DNA from: Nitrospirota bacterium
GTDB lineage: Bacteria > Nitrospirota > JACRHJ01
Direction: 5' to 3'
DNA length: 64,000 nucleotides
Assembly (NCBI GenBank): GCA_963733375.1
Contig: CAVTDB010000002.1
Span: forward strand, 32,390 to 96,389
Below the pieces are notes generated by a model that was not told the DNA's origin, ran no database searches, and saw nothing but the letters and a program-made list of their open reading frames with translations. The translations under genes and the position numbers were made by a program. Positions 18,485 to 30,653 of the stretch are shown piece by piece (position 1 is the first letter of the stretch; each line of letters opens with the position of its first letter).

Positions 18485-19411
18485 TTACTTGCCCATCGGG
18501 TTTATAACATGTTTTAACGGTTGCTTCGCCTCAGACTTATCCTTTTTCGGTGCGGACTTATCCTGTTTCGGCGGCTTTAGCCCGGGGATGTCAATTTTTT
18601 TTTTAGCCTGCTGAGGGACCGGCGAAATATCCTGCTGCGGCGGCTTCAGTCCGGGGCTTTTATTTTTTTTAGCCTGCTGAGGAAACGGCGAAATGTCCTG
18701 CTTCGGGGGAGCCGGTTCCCCAAGCGCAACGATAACCTGCCCGTTCGCCGGAAGCTGATATCCGGCCTTCGGCCCCTGGGTTGCGATAACACCGCCCCTT
18801 CCGGAATACAATATTTTGCCGCCCATCGGCCTCACCGCGTCACCGGCCTGCGGGAGAGTCATGCCCTTCAGGTCCGGCGTAACGTACCTGGTCCCCTTGC
18901 CGCCAGCGCTCACCAGTATGTCCACCTCGGAGCCCTTCTGCAGCACGGTACCCTGCGCGGGAGACTGAAGGATTACCGTCTCGGCGGGCGACGGCGAGTT
19001 CACCCGCGCCACCTCTCCCAGTTCGAGCCCAGCCGACTTAAGCGTAACCTGGGCAAGCCGGAATACCTTGTCCGTCACCGGGGGCACGGCCACCTCTTCC
19101 GAGCCCAGGCTTACGACGACCATGACGTTCCTGCCGCCCTTTACGCGCTCGCCGGGCGCGGGGCTCTGGCCGATGATATAGTTCTCGGGCACCGTGGGGT
19201 GGTGCTCCTGCCGCTCCACTTTTATGTCCAGGCCGGAGTTCCTTATCTGGTTTATCGCGGCCGTCAGCTCCTTGCCGCGCACGTCCGGGACGGTGATGGT
19301 ATGGCCCCAGGTAAAGGCGTTCATGGTTATGACCGCCGAGGCCATCGCCAGGCCCAGAAACACCAGTACGATAAGGAGCATCTGAAAGAATTTTTTAACC
19401 GTTACCGGCAT
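18485..19411 (-). CDS. Stand-alone PASTA-domain membrane protein with repetitive basic tail
   Basis: N-terminal TM, three VP..G/QSP..G PASTA repeats. Confidence 0.88.
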   Translation of the reverse strand: MPVTVKKFFQMLLIVLVFLGLAMASAVITMNAFTWGHTITVPDVRGKELTAAINQIRNSGLDIKVERQEHHPTVPENYIIGQSPAPGERVKGGRNVMVVVSLGSEEVAVPPVTDKVFRLAQVTLKSAGLELGEVARVNSPSPAETVILQSPAQGTVLQKGSEVDILVSAGGKGTRYVTPDLKGMTLPQAGDAVRPMGGKILYSGRGGVIATQGPKAGYQLPANGQVIVALGEPAPPKQDISPFPQQAKKNKSPGLKPPQQDISPVPQQAKKKIDIPGLKPPKQDKSAPKKDKSEAKQPLKHVINPMGK

Positions 19412-20864
19412 ACCATCCTTGCCATGAAGAACCCGTCCGTCCCGTGCAGATGCGGGAAGGTCCGGATAAATTTATTTTTCACAAGTCCGCGCGCCGCCTC
19501 CGGCAAAAGCGGCAGCGGGTCGTCAAGTTCAAACTCCGGATGGAGAGAGAGGAATTTTTCCATGACGCCTTCGCCTTCCTCCGGCTCCGTCGAGCATACG
19601 GAATAAACCAGCGCGCCGCCAGGCGCCACAAGGCCGGAAACATTCTCCAGCATCGAAAGCTGAAGGCGCGCCATCCGCGCTATATCCGCGGGCTTCCTTA
19701 AGTACTTTATCTCCGGCCGCCGCCGGATGATGCCGAGTGCGGTGCAGGGCGCGTCCAAAAGGACCCGGTCGAACTTTATTTTAAACGGCAGAGGCCCCGC
19801 CGCGTCCGCTGCGACGGGAAAGATATTCCCGATTTTCATGCGCAGACTATTTTCTTTCAGAAGCTTGATTTTGTCAAGGGAGATATCCATGGAGACGATA
19901 TGCGCCAGGCCGCCGGAGATGGAGGAGAGGTGCGCGCTTTTGCCGCCCGGCGCGGCGCAGGCGTCCAGCACGAACTCGCCCGGCTTCGGGTCTGCAAGAA
20001 GCGATACGAGCTGGGCCGCCTCGTCCTGCACTGAGAACAGCCCTTCGTCATATCCCGGAAGCTCCGGGACGGGCCCGTGCGAGTTCACGATAAGCGCGTC
20101 CGGCGCATACTTGCCAGGCGCGGTTTCCAGCCCCTCTTTATTGAAAAGCCCGGCGAGCGTGTCCCTGTCCACCCGGGGCCTATTCGCCCTGAGGACGAGC
20201 GGCGGCCTGCCGTTCCCGGCCTCCATCAGGGCCATTGCGCCATCGAAACCGAACCGCTCTGCCCACCGCTTCACAAGCCATGCGAGGATACGAGAACTTC
20301 AGGGACAGGTAGTCGAGAGGTTTATTCTCCGGGTCGGGGAATTTTACTTTCCCGGGCTCCCGGAGCATATTCCGGAGCACGGCATTCACGAAGCCGCCCG
20401 GCCCCCGCCACTGCCCACCCTCTGCCCCCCTGCCCCCCTGCCCGCCGATTTTTTGGCCTGTTTTACCGCCTCGTCCACCGCCGCGCGCGCCGGAATTTTA
20501 TCAAGGTACAAAAGCTGGTACGCCGCGAGCCGGAGGATATTTTTCAGTTCCGGCTGGACTTTCCGGGGTTCCTTTATATAGAACGAAAGCGAGTGGTCGA
20601 GCGAGATAAGGTTCCGTATGACGCCGTAAACAAGCTCGGTCTGAAGGCGCCTGTCCCGGTGGTCGAGGGAATATTTATGGAAAGATTGCTGCAGGAGGAC
20701 TTCCGCGCGGGATGACGCCCGTCGAAGGGAGATAAAACGATGCAAGCGAGACGGACAGGACGTATAACGCGGCGTCCCTCGCGCACGGAGACGTTGTCTC
20801 TTTCTCCCGCCTCGGGAGGTGTTACGGGTGGGGGCTTATCCTCCTTACAAGAATTCTTACGCAT
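19402..20864 (-). CDS. rsmB: 16S rRNA m5C967 methyltransferase (frameshifted)
   Basis: NusB-like N-domain, VQDEAAQ, DACAAPGGKS, LLDAPC, YSVCS, DGFF. Confidence 0.92.
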
Positions 20865-21622
20865 CGACCGGCGATGCTATGAACATTTCCAGCGCCTCTT
20901 TCACGTCCTGCATGTCCACGCGGGTGTTCATGCACGGCCCGAACGGGCGGTCGTTCAGTATCCCGATTACGGGCAGGGGATAGCTGTCCACGATGCCGCT
21001 GGTCAGGTCTCTCTCGCAGGCGACCGCGATTATCGCCTTCGGGCGCTTTTCCTTTATTATCCTCCTGGCCAGCGTCCCGCCGGTGGCGACGGACAGGGCC
21101 ACCCTGTATTTGTCGGCGACGGCGACCAGGTCTTTTATCTCGCACTTCCCGCAGCCCTTGCACCGGTGGACGTCGCCGGTGATCTTTATATTGCAGTCGT
21201 TGATCTGTATGCAATGCGGCAGCAGGATGAGCAGCCTGTCCGGCTTTACCTTCCCCACGTTCGAGCGGACGAGCTGGTTGTTCACGGCGATGAAGGACTG
21301 CTGTACTTTATCCCGCGAGATGCCGAGTAACCTGCCGACAATAACCATCAGGGGAAAGAGCACCTTTACCACCACGAACCGGAGGCGCTGGGCGAGGAAT
21401 ATCTCATGGCCCCTGACGAGCGTGAGGATAAGGAGGAAGACGCCGAATGCAATAAAACCGACGACGCCGAAGATAACCGCGGTGAAAACCGCCGGAAGGT
21501 AGCGGATTGATGTTCCGAAGCCCTACCTGCGGGATGTACCACAAAAGCCATCCGGCCCCGGCAAGCAGGCCCATGGTTATTATGAGCAGGGTAATGAAAA
21601 CTCTTTTTTTTGGCTCTTTCAT
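20857..21622 (-). CDS. DUF116 family protein (frameshifted)
   Basis: LLPHCIQ, CKGCGKC, VATGGTLAR, AVACERDLTSG. Confidence 0.85.
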
Positions 21623-22558
21623 CCCAGAATCTCGCCCGAAGCGATTTTATGCCCCGCAAGGTACTCGTGCGCGGCCATCCTGCGTCCGCCTTCCGGCTGA
21701 AGCTCCTCTATAATCAGCGCGCCTTCGCCCGCGGCAACTATAATGCCGTCCTTATCGGCTGAAATGACTCTCACCCGCGGGGGAGGGTGGCTCTAAAAGC
21801 CGGGTGGGCGCTGTTTTGGCCTTCCAGATATGCAGCATCTTCCCGGCTAGATAAGTATATGCGCCGGGCCATGGATTAAGACCCCGTACCGTCCTCTCAA
21901 TCTCACGCGCCTGCTTTGCCCAATCTATCCGGCCCATCTCTTTTTTCAGGATCGGCGCGTACGTCGCCTGGGAATTATCCTGGCTGACCGGCTTAAGCCT
22001 GCCCGCTTCGAACTCGGCAAGCGCTTTCACTATCAGTTCGGCCCCGACCCGGCTCAGCTTCGCGGTCAGCGTCTGTGCCGTGTCCTCCGGCAGTATCGGC
22101 TCCACGGCCGCCGTCAGCATCGCGCCGGTATCCATCCCCTCGTCCATAAGCATTATGGTGATGCCGGTGTCGGCCTCGCCGTTCACTATCGCCCAGTTAA
22201 TCGGCGCGGCGCCCCTGTACTTCGGAAGGAGCGATGCGTGTACGTTGAAGTTGCCGAGCCGTGGGATGTCAAGAAGTGCCTTGGGGAGTATCTGCCCGAA
22301 CGCGGCAACTACCAGGGCGTCCGGGCCGGCCTTTCTTATTTCCTCGATTGCCTCCGGCCTCCTGACCCTCTCCGGCTGGAATACGGGGAGGCCTAAAGCT
22401 TCCGCAAGGGCCTTCACCGGCGGCGGGACCGGCTTTTTGCTTCGGCCTTTGGGCCTGTCCGGCTGGGTAACCACAAGCCGGACTTCATGACCAGCCTTCA
22501 CCAGGGCTTCGAGGACAGGGACGGCGAACTGCGGCGTCCCCATGAAGACAATTTTCAA
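21619..22558 (-). CDS. fmt: Methionyl-tRNA formyltransferase (C-terminal frameshift)
   Basis: FMGTPQFA, VVTQPDRPKGR, NVHASLLPKYRGAAPI. Confidence 0.96.
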
Positions 22559-23076
22559 CCCACCTCCGCCTTGTCTTCTTTTATGTTCTTTTTAATCCTG
22601 CGTTTGAAGAGGTCGCGCTTCAGCGGGCTTATCCGGTCTATGAAGAGTATCCCGTCCAGGTGGTCCAGCTCGTGCTGGAATGCTCTGGCCAGGAGTTCCT
22701 CGCCCTCCGCCTCATAGGTTTTTCCGTCCCTGTCCGTCGCCCGGATGCGGACTTTCGCATAGCGGGTTACGTTGGACTGGAAGTCCGTGACGGAAAGGCA
22801 CCCTTCCTCTTCGTTCAGTTCCCCTTCCCTGGAGATTATAGCCGGGTTAATCAGGACGAGAAGGGGGTGCGGGTCGTCCCTGGTCGAGACGTCTATCACG
22901 GTAAGACGAAGCGATATCCCCACCTGCGGAGCGGCTAATCCCACCCCCGGCGCGGCATACATCGTCTCTATCATGTCGTCTATAAGCTTCTGAATTTCCG
23001 GGGTTATCTCCGTCACCGGCTTCGCTTTCCGCCGGAGGACCGGGTCCGGATATTTTCTTATTTCAAGGATTGCCAA
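22555..23076 (-). CDS. def: Peptide deformylase
   Basis: GVGLAAPQVG, EGCLS, QHELDHL. Confidence 0.98.
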   Translation of the reverse strand: MAILEIRKYPDPVLRRKAKPVTEITPEIQKLIDDMIETMYAAPGVGLAAPQVGISLRLTVIDVSTRDDPHPLLVLINPAIISREGELNEEEGCLSVTDFQSNVTRYAKVRIRATDRDGKTYEAEGEELLARAFQHELDHLDGILFIDRISPLKRDLFKRRIKKNIKEDKAEVG

Positions 23077-23152
23077 AACTCATCCTCCCAAACCTTTGGC
23101 TACACATACCTTTGTACCATTTTCAGCGCAAAATTTCAAGATAAACCAATCT

Positions 23153-23193
23153 TTACTTTCTTTTCAGGTGAAAAGAAAGTAACAAAGAAAAGC
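23153..23193. repeat. Palindromic repeat family 2, variant unit
   Basis: TTACTTTCTTTTCAGGTGAAAAGAAAGTAACAAAGAAAAGC. Confidence 0.75.
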
Positions 23194-23237
23194 CAGACTG
23201 AAACCCGTTTAAGTTTAGCTTTTACGCCTTTACGCCT

Positions 23238-25838
23238 TTACGCCGCTTCCGCCTCCACCATACGGCGGAAAACGAGCCTTCCGCCTTCCACGTCGGCCTG
23301 TACGGTATCCCCCTCCTTGAACTGGCCTTCCAGTATCTTCATGGCGAGCGGGTTCAGTATCTCCCGCTGGATGGTGCGCTTAAGCGGCCTCGCGCCGTAT
23401 GCCGGGTCGTATCCCAGCGTCACCAGCATCTCCCTTGCCGCCGGGGTCAGGGTTATATTTATCTTCTTCTGGGCAAGGTGCCTCTGGAGCAGCCTTAGCT
23501 GTATATCGATTATCCTCTTCAACTGCTCTTCGGTGAGCGGGTGGAATATGATGATGTCGTCGATGCGGTTTAGGAACTCCGGCTTGAAATGATGCCGCAG
23601 CGCCTCCGACACGAGCTTTCGCATCTCCTCTTCGTTTTTGGCCTCCTGGATGAACTGGCTCCCGATGTTGGAGGTCATGATGACGACCGTGTTCTTGCAG
23701 TCCACCGTGCGCCCATGCCCGTCGGTGAGCCTGCCGTCTTCCAGCAGTTGCAAAAGGACGTTGAAAACCTCCGGATGCGCCTTCTCTATCTCGTCGAACA
23801 GTATCACGGAGTAGGGCCTTCTGCGCACAGCCTCGGTCAACTGCCCGCCCTCCTCGAACCCCACATACCCCGGAGGCGCGCCGATAAGCCTCGAAACGGT
23901 ATGCTTCTCCTGGTACTCGGACATGTCTATCCGTATCATCGCCTTCTCGTCGTCGAAAAGGAATTCCGCGAGCGCCCGTGCCAGCTCCGTCTTGCCGACT
24001 CCGGTGGGGCCCAGGAATATGAACGAGCCTATGGGACGGTCCGGGTCCTGTATCCCCGCCCTCGCCCGGCGCACCGCGTCCGATACCGCGACCACCGCCT
24101 CGTCCTGCCCCACGACCCGCTCCTTGAGGCGCTCCTCCATCTTCGTCAGCTTGGCCATCTCGCCTTCCAGCATCTTCGATACCGGCACGCCCGTCCATTT
24201 CGAGACTATATCCGCGATGTCCTCTTCATCCACTTCTTCTTTTAGAAGCGAACCCTGGGCCTGCAAGGCGGCAAGGGCCTCGTTCTGCCTCTCAAGCTCA
24301 CGGTTAAGCTCCACTATCGTCCCGTAACGAAGCTCCGCCGTGCGCCCGAGGTTCCCCTCGCGCTCCGCCCGCTCGGCCTCGCCCCTGGCCTGCTCCAGCT
24401 TCTCTTTAAGCTCGCGTATCTTCTTTATGGCCTCTTTCTCGTTTATCCACCGGGCATGGAGCACGGAACGCTTTTCGCCGAGTTCGGCTATGTCTTTCTC
24501 GATATTCTTCAGCCGCTCCTTCGACGCCGGGTCTTTTTCCTTTTTAACCGCCTGCTCCTCCACCTGGAGCCGCCGTATGGTCCGCTCCAACTCGTCAAGC
24601 TCCGTGGGCATCGAATCGATCTCCATCCGGAGCTTGGACGCCGCCTCGTCGATTAAATCGATCGCCTTGTCCGGCAGGAACCTGTCCGTTATGTAGCGGT
24701 TGGACAGCGTCGCCGCGGCGATAAGAGCCGAGTCCTTTATACGGACGCCGTGGTGCACCTCGTAGCGTTCCTTCAGGCCGCGCAGTATCGAGATGGTATC
24801 CTCGACATTCGGCTCCTGCACCATGACGGGCTGGAAACGCCGCTCCAATGCCGGGTCCTTCTCGATATGCTTCCTGTACTCGTCTATGGTGGTCGCGCCA
24901 ACGCACCGCAGGTCTCCCCTGGCCAGCGCCGGTTTCAGCATGTTCGAGGCGTCAATCGCCCCTTCCGCCGCGCCCGCCCCCACAAGGGTATGCATCTCGT
25001 CGATGAACAGGATGATCTTCCCCTGCGACTCCTCCACCGCCTTCAGCACCGCCTTCAGCCGGTCCTCGAACTCGCCCCGGAACTTTGCCCCGGCGATAAG
25101 CGACCCCATATCGAGCGCGACGACGCGCTTGTCTTTGAGGCCTTCCGGCACGTCTCCGGCGATTATCCTCTGGGCGAGGCCCTCGACGATGGCCGTCTTG
25201 CCGACGCCCGGCTCGCCTATCAGCACCGGGTTGTTCTTCGTCCTGCGGGAGAGCACCTGTATCACCCGGCGGACCTCCTCGTCCCGGCCTATTACAGGGT
25301 CCAGCTTGCCCTTCCTTGCGAGGTCGGTCAGGTCGCGCCCGTATTTCGTCAGCGCCTCGTACTTGTCCTCCGGGTTCTGGTCCGTGACCCGCTCCGAGCC
25401 CCTTATCTCCTTCAGGGCGGAGAGGATACGGTCGCGTCTCGCGCCGGCCGACTTAAGTACCCGGCCCGCCGCGCCGTCGTCTTCCGCCATCGCTAAAAGC
25501 AGGTGCTCGGTCGAGACGTACTCGTCTTTTAAGCCCTCCATCTCGCGCGCCGCTTTATCCAAGACCTTGTTCAGCCGGGGCGTGACATAGACCTGTCCCA
25601 TCTGGCCCGCGCCCGAGACACTGGGCATCCGCTCCAGCTCCGAGATTACCTCGCCTTCAAGCGCACCCAAGTCCGCGCCGAGCCTCTTAAGTATTGGCGG
25701 CACCACGCCTTCCGGCTGTTTCAGAAGGGCCAGAAGGAGATGCTCCACATCCACCTGCTGCTGCCCCCGTCTGCCCGCTTCGTCCTGCGCGGCCAGCACC
25801 GCCTCCTGTGCCTTTACTGTAAATTTATCAAGACGCAT
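23238..25838 (-). CDS. clpB: Chaperone ClpB
   Basis: Two AAA+ modules ([16 protein letters not shown]) plus middle coiled coil; start MRLDKFT with GGAGG RBS. Confidence 0.98.
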   Translation of the reverse strand: MRLDKFTVKAQEAVLAAQDEAGRRGQQQVDVEHLLLALLKQPEGVVPPILKRLGADLGALEGEVISELERMPSVSGAGQMGQVYVTPRLNKVLDKAAREMEGLKDEYVSTEHLLLAMAEDDGAAGRVLKSAGARRDRILSALKEIRGSERVTDQNPEDKYEALTKYGRDLTDLARKGKLDPVIGRDEEVRRVIQVLSRRTKNNPVLIGEPGVGKTAIVEGLAQRIIAGDVPEGLKDKRVVALDMGSLIAGAKFRGEFEDRLKAVLKAVEESQGKIILFIDEMHTLVGAGAAEGAIDASNMLKPALARGDLRCVGATTIDEYRKHIEKDPALERRFQPVMVQEPNVEDTISILRGLKERYEVHHGVRIKDSALIAAATLSNRYITDRFLPDKAIDLIDEAASKLRMEIDSMPTELDELERTIRRLQVEEQAVKKEKDPASKERLKNIEKDIAELGEKRSVLHARWINEKEAIKKIRELKEKLEQARGEAERAEREGNLGRTAELRYGTIVELNRELERQNEALAALQAQGSLLKEEVDEEDIADIVSKWTGVPVSKMLEGEMAKLTKMEERLKERVVGQDEAVVAVSDAVRRARAGIQDPDRPIGSFIFLGPTGVGKTELARALAEFLFDDEKAMIRIDMSEYQEKHTVSRLIGAPPGYVGFEEGGQLTEAVRRRPYSVILFDEIEKAHPEVFNVLLQLLEDGRLTDGHGRTVDCKNTVVIMTSNIGSQFIQEAKNEEEMRKLVSEALRHHFKPEFLNRIDDIIIFHPLTEEQLKRIIDIQLRLLQRHLAQKKINITLTPAAREMLVTLGYDPAYGARPLKRTIQREILNPLAMKILEGQFKEGDTVQADVEGGRLVFRRMVEAEAA

Positions 25839-25857
25839 AAGACCTCCTAAAACCTTT

Positions 25858-25894
25858 GTTACCTTTTTGTAAAAAGGTAACGCCAAAAACTTTT
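25858..25894. repeat. Palindromic repeat family 2, opposite orientation
   Basis: GTTACCTTTTTGTAAAAAGGTAACGCCAAAAACTTTT. Confidence 0.85.
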
Positions 25895-25898
25895 AAAC

Positions 25899-26286
25899 TT
25901 ACCTCTTTTTCACTTTTATAATTTTCCCTCCGGCGCCTTCGCCAGCGGATGTTTCATCTCTTCCTCGCGCCGGGCAATCTCCCGCATGAACTCCTCGCGC
26001 ATATCGTGCATCATGCGGTCCATCTCCTCCTGGAGCTTCTGCATCCTCTCCCGCATGGTGAGTATAACCTCCACGCCGGCCAGGTTCACCCCCATCTCGC
26101 GGGTCAGGTTCAGTATCGTCCGGATGCGCTCCACGTCCTCTTCCGAGTACATCCGCACGCCCGCCCCGGTCCGGGACGGCTGGACGAAGCCTTCGCGCTC
26201 ATAGAGCCTCAGCGTCTGGGGATGGACCCCAAGCATCTCCGAGACACACGCTTATCATATAAACGGCGCTGTTCGCGTCTCTTCAT
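25899..26286 (-). CDS. hspR: HspR-like MerR-family heat-shock repressor (frameshifted ends)
   Basis: LGVHPQTLRLYEREG, R.YSEEDVER, LTREMGVNLAGV; between dnaJ and clpB. Confidence 0.85.
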
Positions 26287-26291
26287 GATCA

Positions 26292-27479
26292 TTAACATGC
26301 CGCTCCTTTTCCGCGCCTGAACCCGCTGAAGGTTATGCCGGAACGCGGGTCATGCGGCACATGGCTCATAAAATCCTTGAGCGCGGATTTCGCCTGTTCG
26401 TTTAAGTGCGGCGGCACCGCCACCTTCACGCGCACGTACTGGTCGCCCACGCCTGAGCCGCCGAAGTGCGGCACGCCCTTGCCGCGCAGGCGGAACTCCT
26501 GGCCGGACTGCGTACCCGGCGGGATGGTCATCGTAACGACTCCGTCTTTCGTCGGCACGTCCACCTTGGCGCCTAAAGCGGCCTCCGAAAAGGTTATGGG
26601 TATCTCGCTGTGGAGGTTGTCCCCGCGCCTTTCGAAATAGGGGTGCTTCCGCACCTTCGTAATAATATATAAATCGCCCGGAGGCCCGCCGTTTACGCCG
26701 GGCCCGCCCATGCCCTGGAGCCGGACTTTCGAGCCGTTGTCCACACCGGCTGGGATTTTTACGGTAAGCTTTTCCGTCTTCGGGACGTAACCGCTGCCGC
26801 CGCAGTTTCTGCATGGGTCTTTAATCTTTTTCGCTCCGCCGCAGCGCGGGCAGGTCCTGTTTACGCCGAACGGCCCGCGTCCCGCCTTTATCTGCCCCGT
26901 ACCGCCGCAGTCCGGGCAGGTCCTGGGCGTACTTCCCGGCATGGTGCCCGTCCCCCCGCATGCCGTGCACGGGGCCTCCCGCCGGAGGTTCAACTGGGCG
27001 CTGGTCCCGAAGAGGGCGTCCTCCAGGTCCACTTCCATCGTCGTGGTCGTGTCCTGGCCCTTCATGGGGCCCATGCGCCCGCCGCCGCCGAACAGGCCGG
27101 AGAAGATATCCTCGAACCCGCCCCCGCCGCCCTGGAAGCCTTCGAAGTCCTCCGGCCTGAACCCGCCTCCGCCGCCGCCGCCGCCGGGCCTGTATTCGTA
27201 CCTGAACCCTCCCGTCCCGGCCCCCGCGCCGGCCCCCGCGCCCGCGGTCTGGTCGAAGGCGGCGTGGCCGAAACGGTCGTACATCTCGCGCTTTTTGGGG
27301 TCGGAGAGGACGTCGTTTGCTTCGCCTATTTCCTTGAACTTGCGCTCCGCCTCCTTGTCGCCGGGGTTCACGTCCGGGTGGTACTTCCGGGCGAGCTTGC
27401 GGTACGCCTTTTTTATCTCCTTTTCGTCCGCGGTCTTCGGGACTCCAAGGACCTCGTAGTAATCCCTTTTCTGGGCCAT
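26292..27479 (-). CDS. dnaJ: DnaJ chaperone
   Basis: J domain with HPD, G/F region, four CxxCxGxG-type repeats. Confidence 0.96.
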   Translation of the reverse strand: MAQKRDYYEVLGVPKTADEKEIKKAYRKLARKYHPDVNPGDKEAERKFKEIGEANDVLSDPKKREMYDRFGHAAFDQTAGAGAGAGAGTGGFRYEYRPGGGGGGGGFRPEDFEGFQGGGGGFEDIFSGLFGGGGRMGPMKGQDTTTTMEVDLEDALFGTSAQLNLRREAPCTACGGTGTMPGSTPRTCPDCGGTGQIKAGRGPFGVNRTCPRCGGAKKIKDPCRNCGGSGYVPKTEKLTVKIPAGVDNGSKVRLQGMGGPGVNGGPPGDLYIITKVRKHPYFERRGDNLHSEIPITFSEAALGAKVDVPTKDGVVTMTIPPGTQSGQEFRLRGKGVPHFGGSGVGDQYVRVKVAVPPHLNEQAKSALKDFMSHVPHDPRSGITFSGFRRGKGAAC

Positions 27480-27480
27480 T

Positions 27481-27861
27481 TTAACGCTCCACCTTCACTT
27501 GGACCTTCCTTACCTTGCCCACCTTGGGTATCACCACTTTCAGGAGCCCGTCGTTAAAATTGGCGGAGGTCTTTGCCGAATCCACGTCGCAGGGCATGGA
27601 AAATTTCCTGTGGAAGTGGCCGTAGTTCCTCTCTATGCGGTAGAAGTTCTCATGCTCCACGTCCCGCTCAAACCGCCTTTCCCCTTTAAGCGTCAGGACG
27701 TTGTCCGTTACGGTCAACGCTATATCCTCCTGGTCCACCCCCGGAAGCTCCGCCGTCAGGACTATCTCCTTCTCCGTCTCATAGACGTCCACGGCGGGAG
27801 ACCAGGTGCTCGGCTTTTCCGTCATAATGTCCTTGAACGGGTCCCATTTGATTATCTTCAT
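27481..27861 (-). CDS. Hsp20 small heat-shock protein
   Basis: [33 protein letters not shown]. Confidence 0.93.
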   Translation of the reverse strand: MKIIKWDPFKDIMTEKPSTWSPAVDVYETEKEIVLTAELPGVDQEDIALTVTDNVLTLKGERRFERDVEHENFYRIERNYGHFHRKFSMPCDVDSAKTSANFNDGLLKVVIPKVGKVRKVQVKVER

Positions 27862-27907
27862 TTTCACATCCTCCGGAAGATGGTATACTGTATCTGTGCT
27901 TTTTACC

Positions 27908-27937
27908 ATTATGTCGCTTTAGTGTATCATTGTCAAG
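27908..27937 (-). promoter_or_regulatory. sigma70 promoter overlapped by a HAIR-like HspR operator
   Basis: Minus strand CTTGACA-N7-ACTAAAG (HAIR consensus CTTGAGT-N7-ACTCAAG); TTGACA-N17-CATAAT. Confidence 0.7.
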
Positions 27938-27965
27938 TCTATTTATAGCGTTGACGATCAGGAAT

Positions 27966-28515
27966 ATGATGCAACTTTTTAGAAATGCTGTATTTTTAGT
28001 CTTAACCGGCATGGCCGTCGCTGCGGCCGGCTCCCGCCAGCGCGGCTTACGTGGTAACCCTCACCAACGGGGAGACCATAAGCGCGCAAGACTATAAAAT
28101 CAATGACAGAACAATCGAGCTGAAAATGGAAGGCGGCAGCGCCTCGTTCCCCCGCTCCCTGGTCGCCTCCATCTCCGGGGGCGGCACTGGTGGAAAACCT
28201 GCTCCCGCCTTCATCCGACGCCAGGGCCGCCGTCCAGTCCCCCGTCCGCAACGCCCGGAACCAGGCCGCAAAATTCCGGGGAAGACACGCTGCGGAAACT
28301 GGCTGTCGACGAAGGGGATTCGGAGGCGGGGCCGGAAGAAGGGGTGAAGCCCGCCGTGACGATATGACCGTGGAAGAGTTCCTGGATAAAGAAGGTGAAG
28401 ACGGCGAAGAGGGCGATGAATCCGTCGACGCGGCGGACCAGGACGGCAATTCCGGGGACGACGAGGGTTTATGCCGGAGGAGGCGGACCAGGGAGATAAA
28501 GTTACCGAAGAGTAA
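27966..28515 (+). CDS. Secreted hypothetical protein with acidic C-terminus (frameshifted)
   Basis: Signal peptide, VTLTNGETISAQDYKI, acidic tail, terminator downstream. Confidence 0.55.
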
Positions 28516-28546
28516 AAAAAGCGCCCTTTAAGGGGGCGCTTTTTTT
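28515..28546. terminator. Bidirectional Rho-independent terminator
   Basis: AAAAAAGCGCCC-loop-GGGCGCTTTTTT between convergent genes. Confidence 0.85.
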
Positions 28547-28599
28547 GACGGATGCCTGGTTTATCGCGACCGGTGAATATTGCCCGGCGCTTCAGTCAG

Positions 28600-29261
28600 C
28601 TACGGGAGCCTTCTCCTCATCTGCAAGGCGGGCGCGCGGAACTTTACAATCACCGGCACGGAAGTCACGAGGGAACCCCCATACATGAACGGGATGGACG
28701 AGCCGTTACTGAATACCATCTTGCTGGCGGTCGCCGGGTGTATCTTGGCCTTAATCATGGCCCTGTTGCCGTCTCTCCTCAGCACGCCCGCCATGTCCAC
28801 GGCCCCGGTAAACTGCACCACGGTCCCGCTCCCGGTGAACAGGCCCGTTGCGGGGTCATAGGTCACGCTATCGTTGTTATTCAGTCTGATGACGCCGACG
28901 CCCGTGGTCTGGGCGGCCAGCACGTGCTCGGCCCGCCTCAGCATGAACGTACCGTTAAAGCCGAGCCAGACGCCGCCGTCGGGGAAGCTTACCGTCCCTG
29001 CCGTCGTGCCGGACAGGTTGTTGAATGCCACCGTCATATTGTTGGGTCCCCGCCTGTTCCTGGCGATGCGGTGCAGGATTCTATGGGGGCGTGTCGGTCC
29101 CGACGTTCAACACGGAGACGTTTGCGGTCTTCAATGGCGCCGTCGAAAAACAGGGTTGAGGTGGAGTTACTGAATATCGACCTGTGCGGCCCTGCAAAGG
29201 CTGTCAATGAAAGAAATACCAGAAAAACGATTACCAGGACGGATAAAACGATCTTCTTCAT
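28600..29261 (-). CDS. Secreted hypothetical protein (frameshifted)
   Basis: MKKIVLSVLVIVFLVFLSLTAFA signal peptide with GGAGG RBS; beta-rich remainder. Confidence 0.55.
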
Positions 29262-29391
29262 GCTGCCTCCTTTACTGTTATAGGTTGGCAATCATTTCCG
29301 GATGAACCTAATATATTAATACATTAAAATATCTGAAAAATCCAGTTAACCATTTTAAACAATTAATCATTATTGGCAAAGGATGCTGTTT

Positions 29392-29804
29392 TTAATCCTC
29401 TCGTATAAATTCAACCACCTTACCCATTATCTCGTCTCTCGGCCCGGCGGAATTCGGCCAGCACTTTTTCCTCGCTCCCCCTCGTCCTTACCGGGTCATC
29501 GACAGGCCAGTGGAGCCTTTTGATTTCCGGGGGAGTCGCCGGGCAGAGGGATTCCGCATGTCCGCAGAGCGTGATTATGATGTCCATGCGGTTTAAAAGC
29601 TCGCGGTCTATGGCCTTCGAAGTCTGGCCTGGAAATATCTATCCCCAACTCCGCCATGACCTTGGCGGCGTTTTCGTTGACGCCCGCAGGGGTCAGGCCC
29701 GCGCTGTAAACTTCCAGCGCATCCCCGCCGTAACGCCTTGCAAACCCTTCCGCCATCTGGCTCCGGCAGGAGTTGCGGGTGAAAAGAAACATAACCTTAA
29801 CCAT
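29392..29804 (-). CDS. arsC: Arsenate reductase, LMW-PTP/thioredoxin type (frameshifted)
   Basis: [13 protein letters not shown], SAG, ITLCGHA..CP, HWP..DP. Confidence 0.85.
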
Positions 29805-29828
29805 CAAAGCTCCGGGTTAAAACCGTCC

Positions 29829-29866
29829 AAAAGTTTTTGGCGTTACCTTTTTACCAAAAAGGTAGC
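29829..29866. repeat. Palindromic repeat family 2
   Basis: AAAGTTTTTGGCGTTACCTTTTTACCAAAAAGGTAGC. Confidence 0.85.
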
Positions 29867-29872
29867 AAAGGT

Positions 29873-30650
29873 TTACTTCTTCGCCAGCAGTTTCAAGCTC
29901 CGAAGTCCCAGGTCGCTCACGTTATCCTTCGTGACGATCCCGCAGCCGCACGTAGTCTCCGCAAGAAACGACGCGTCGTCCATCGAGATAACGGTCACGT
30001 CGGTAAACCCCGCGCGTTTAACCGCGGATACGTAATCGTCGTATTTTACCGCGCCCGACACGCAGCCGGTATATGCCTCGACGTTTTCCACTACCGCGCG
30101 CGGCAAATCCTTGGTCAGCACGATATCCGATACCATCAGCCTGCCGCCGCTCTTAAGGACGCGGTATGATTCGGAAAAGGTCTTGTCCTTGTCCACGGAG
30201 AGGTTTATCACGCAGTTGCTGATTACGCAGTCTATGGAGCCATCAACCACGGGCAAGGCTTCGATTTCGCCGTGGCGGAACTCGACGTTGGTGAATTTCC
30301 CGTCTTCGGCATTCTCTCATGGCACGGGAAAGCATCTCCGGCGTCATGTCCACGCCGATTACCCGGCCTGAAGGGCCGACGCGGTTTGCGGCCAGGAATA
30401 CGTCTATCCCCGCGCCGGAGCCTAAGTCGAGCACGACCTCGCCCTCTTTAAGGGAGGCAAGGGCGACGGGGTTGCCGCAGCCGACGCCGAGGACCGCGCC
30501 TTTCGGCAGGCCGAGGAGTTCATTTACGTCGTAGCCGATTTTTTCTTCGTGCGCGAATTTGGGCTTGACCGAGCCGCAGCAGCCGCCGGTTTCGCCTTTT
30601 GCAATGCCTGAATACGTCTTCTGAACGCTGAGCTTGATTTTTTTGTCCAT
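29873..30650 (-). CDS. arsM: Arsenite methyltransferase (frameshifted)
   Basis: GCCG, LGVGCGNP, VLDLGSGAGID, ISNCVINL, TGCVSGA. Confidence 0.92.
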
Positions 30651-30653
30651 GAT

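Noticed and set aside
12589-22558. Programmed frameshifting or pseudogenisation of rpsP, rsmB and fmt
   Set aside because: No consistent slippery sites, and indels are spread across the window; sequencing error is more likely.
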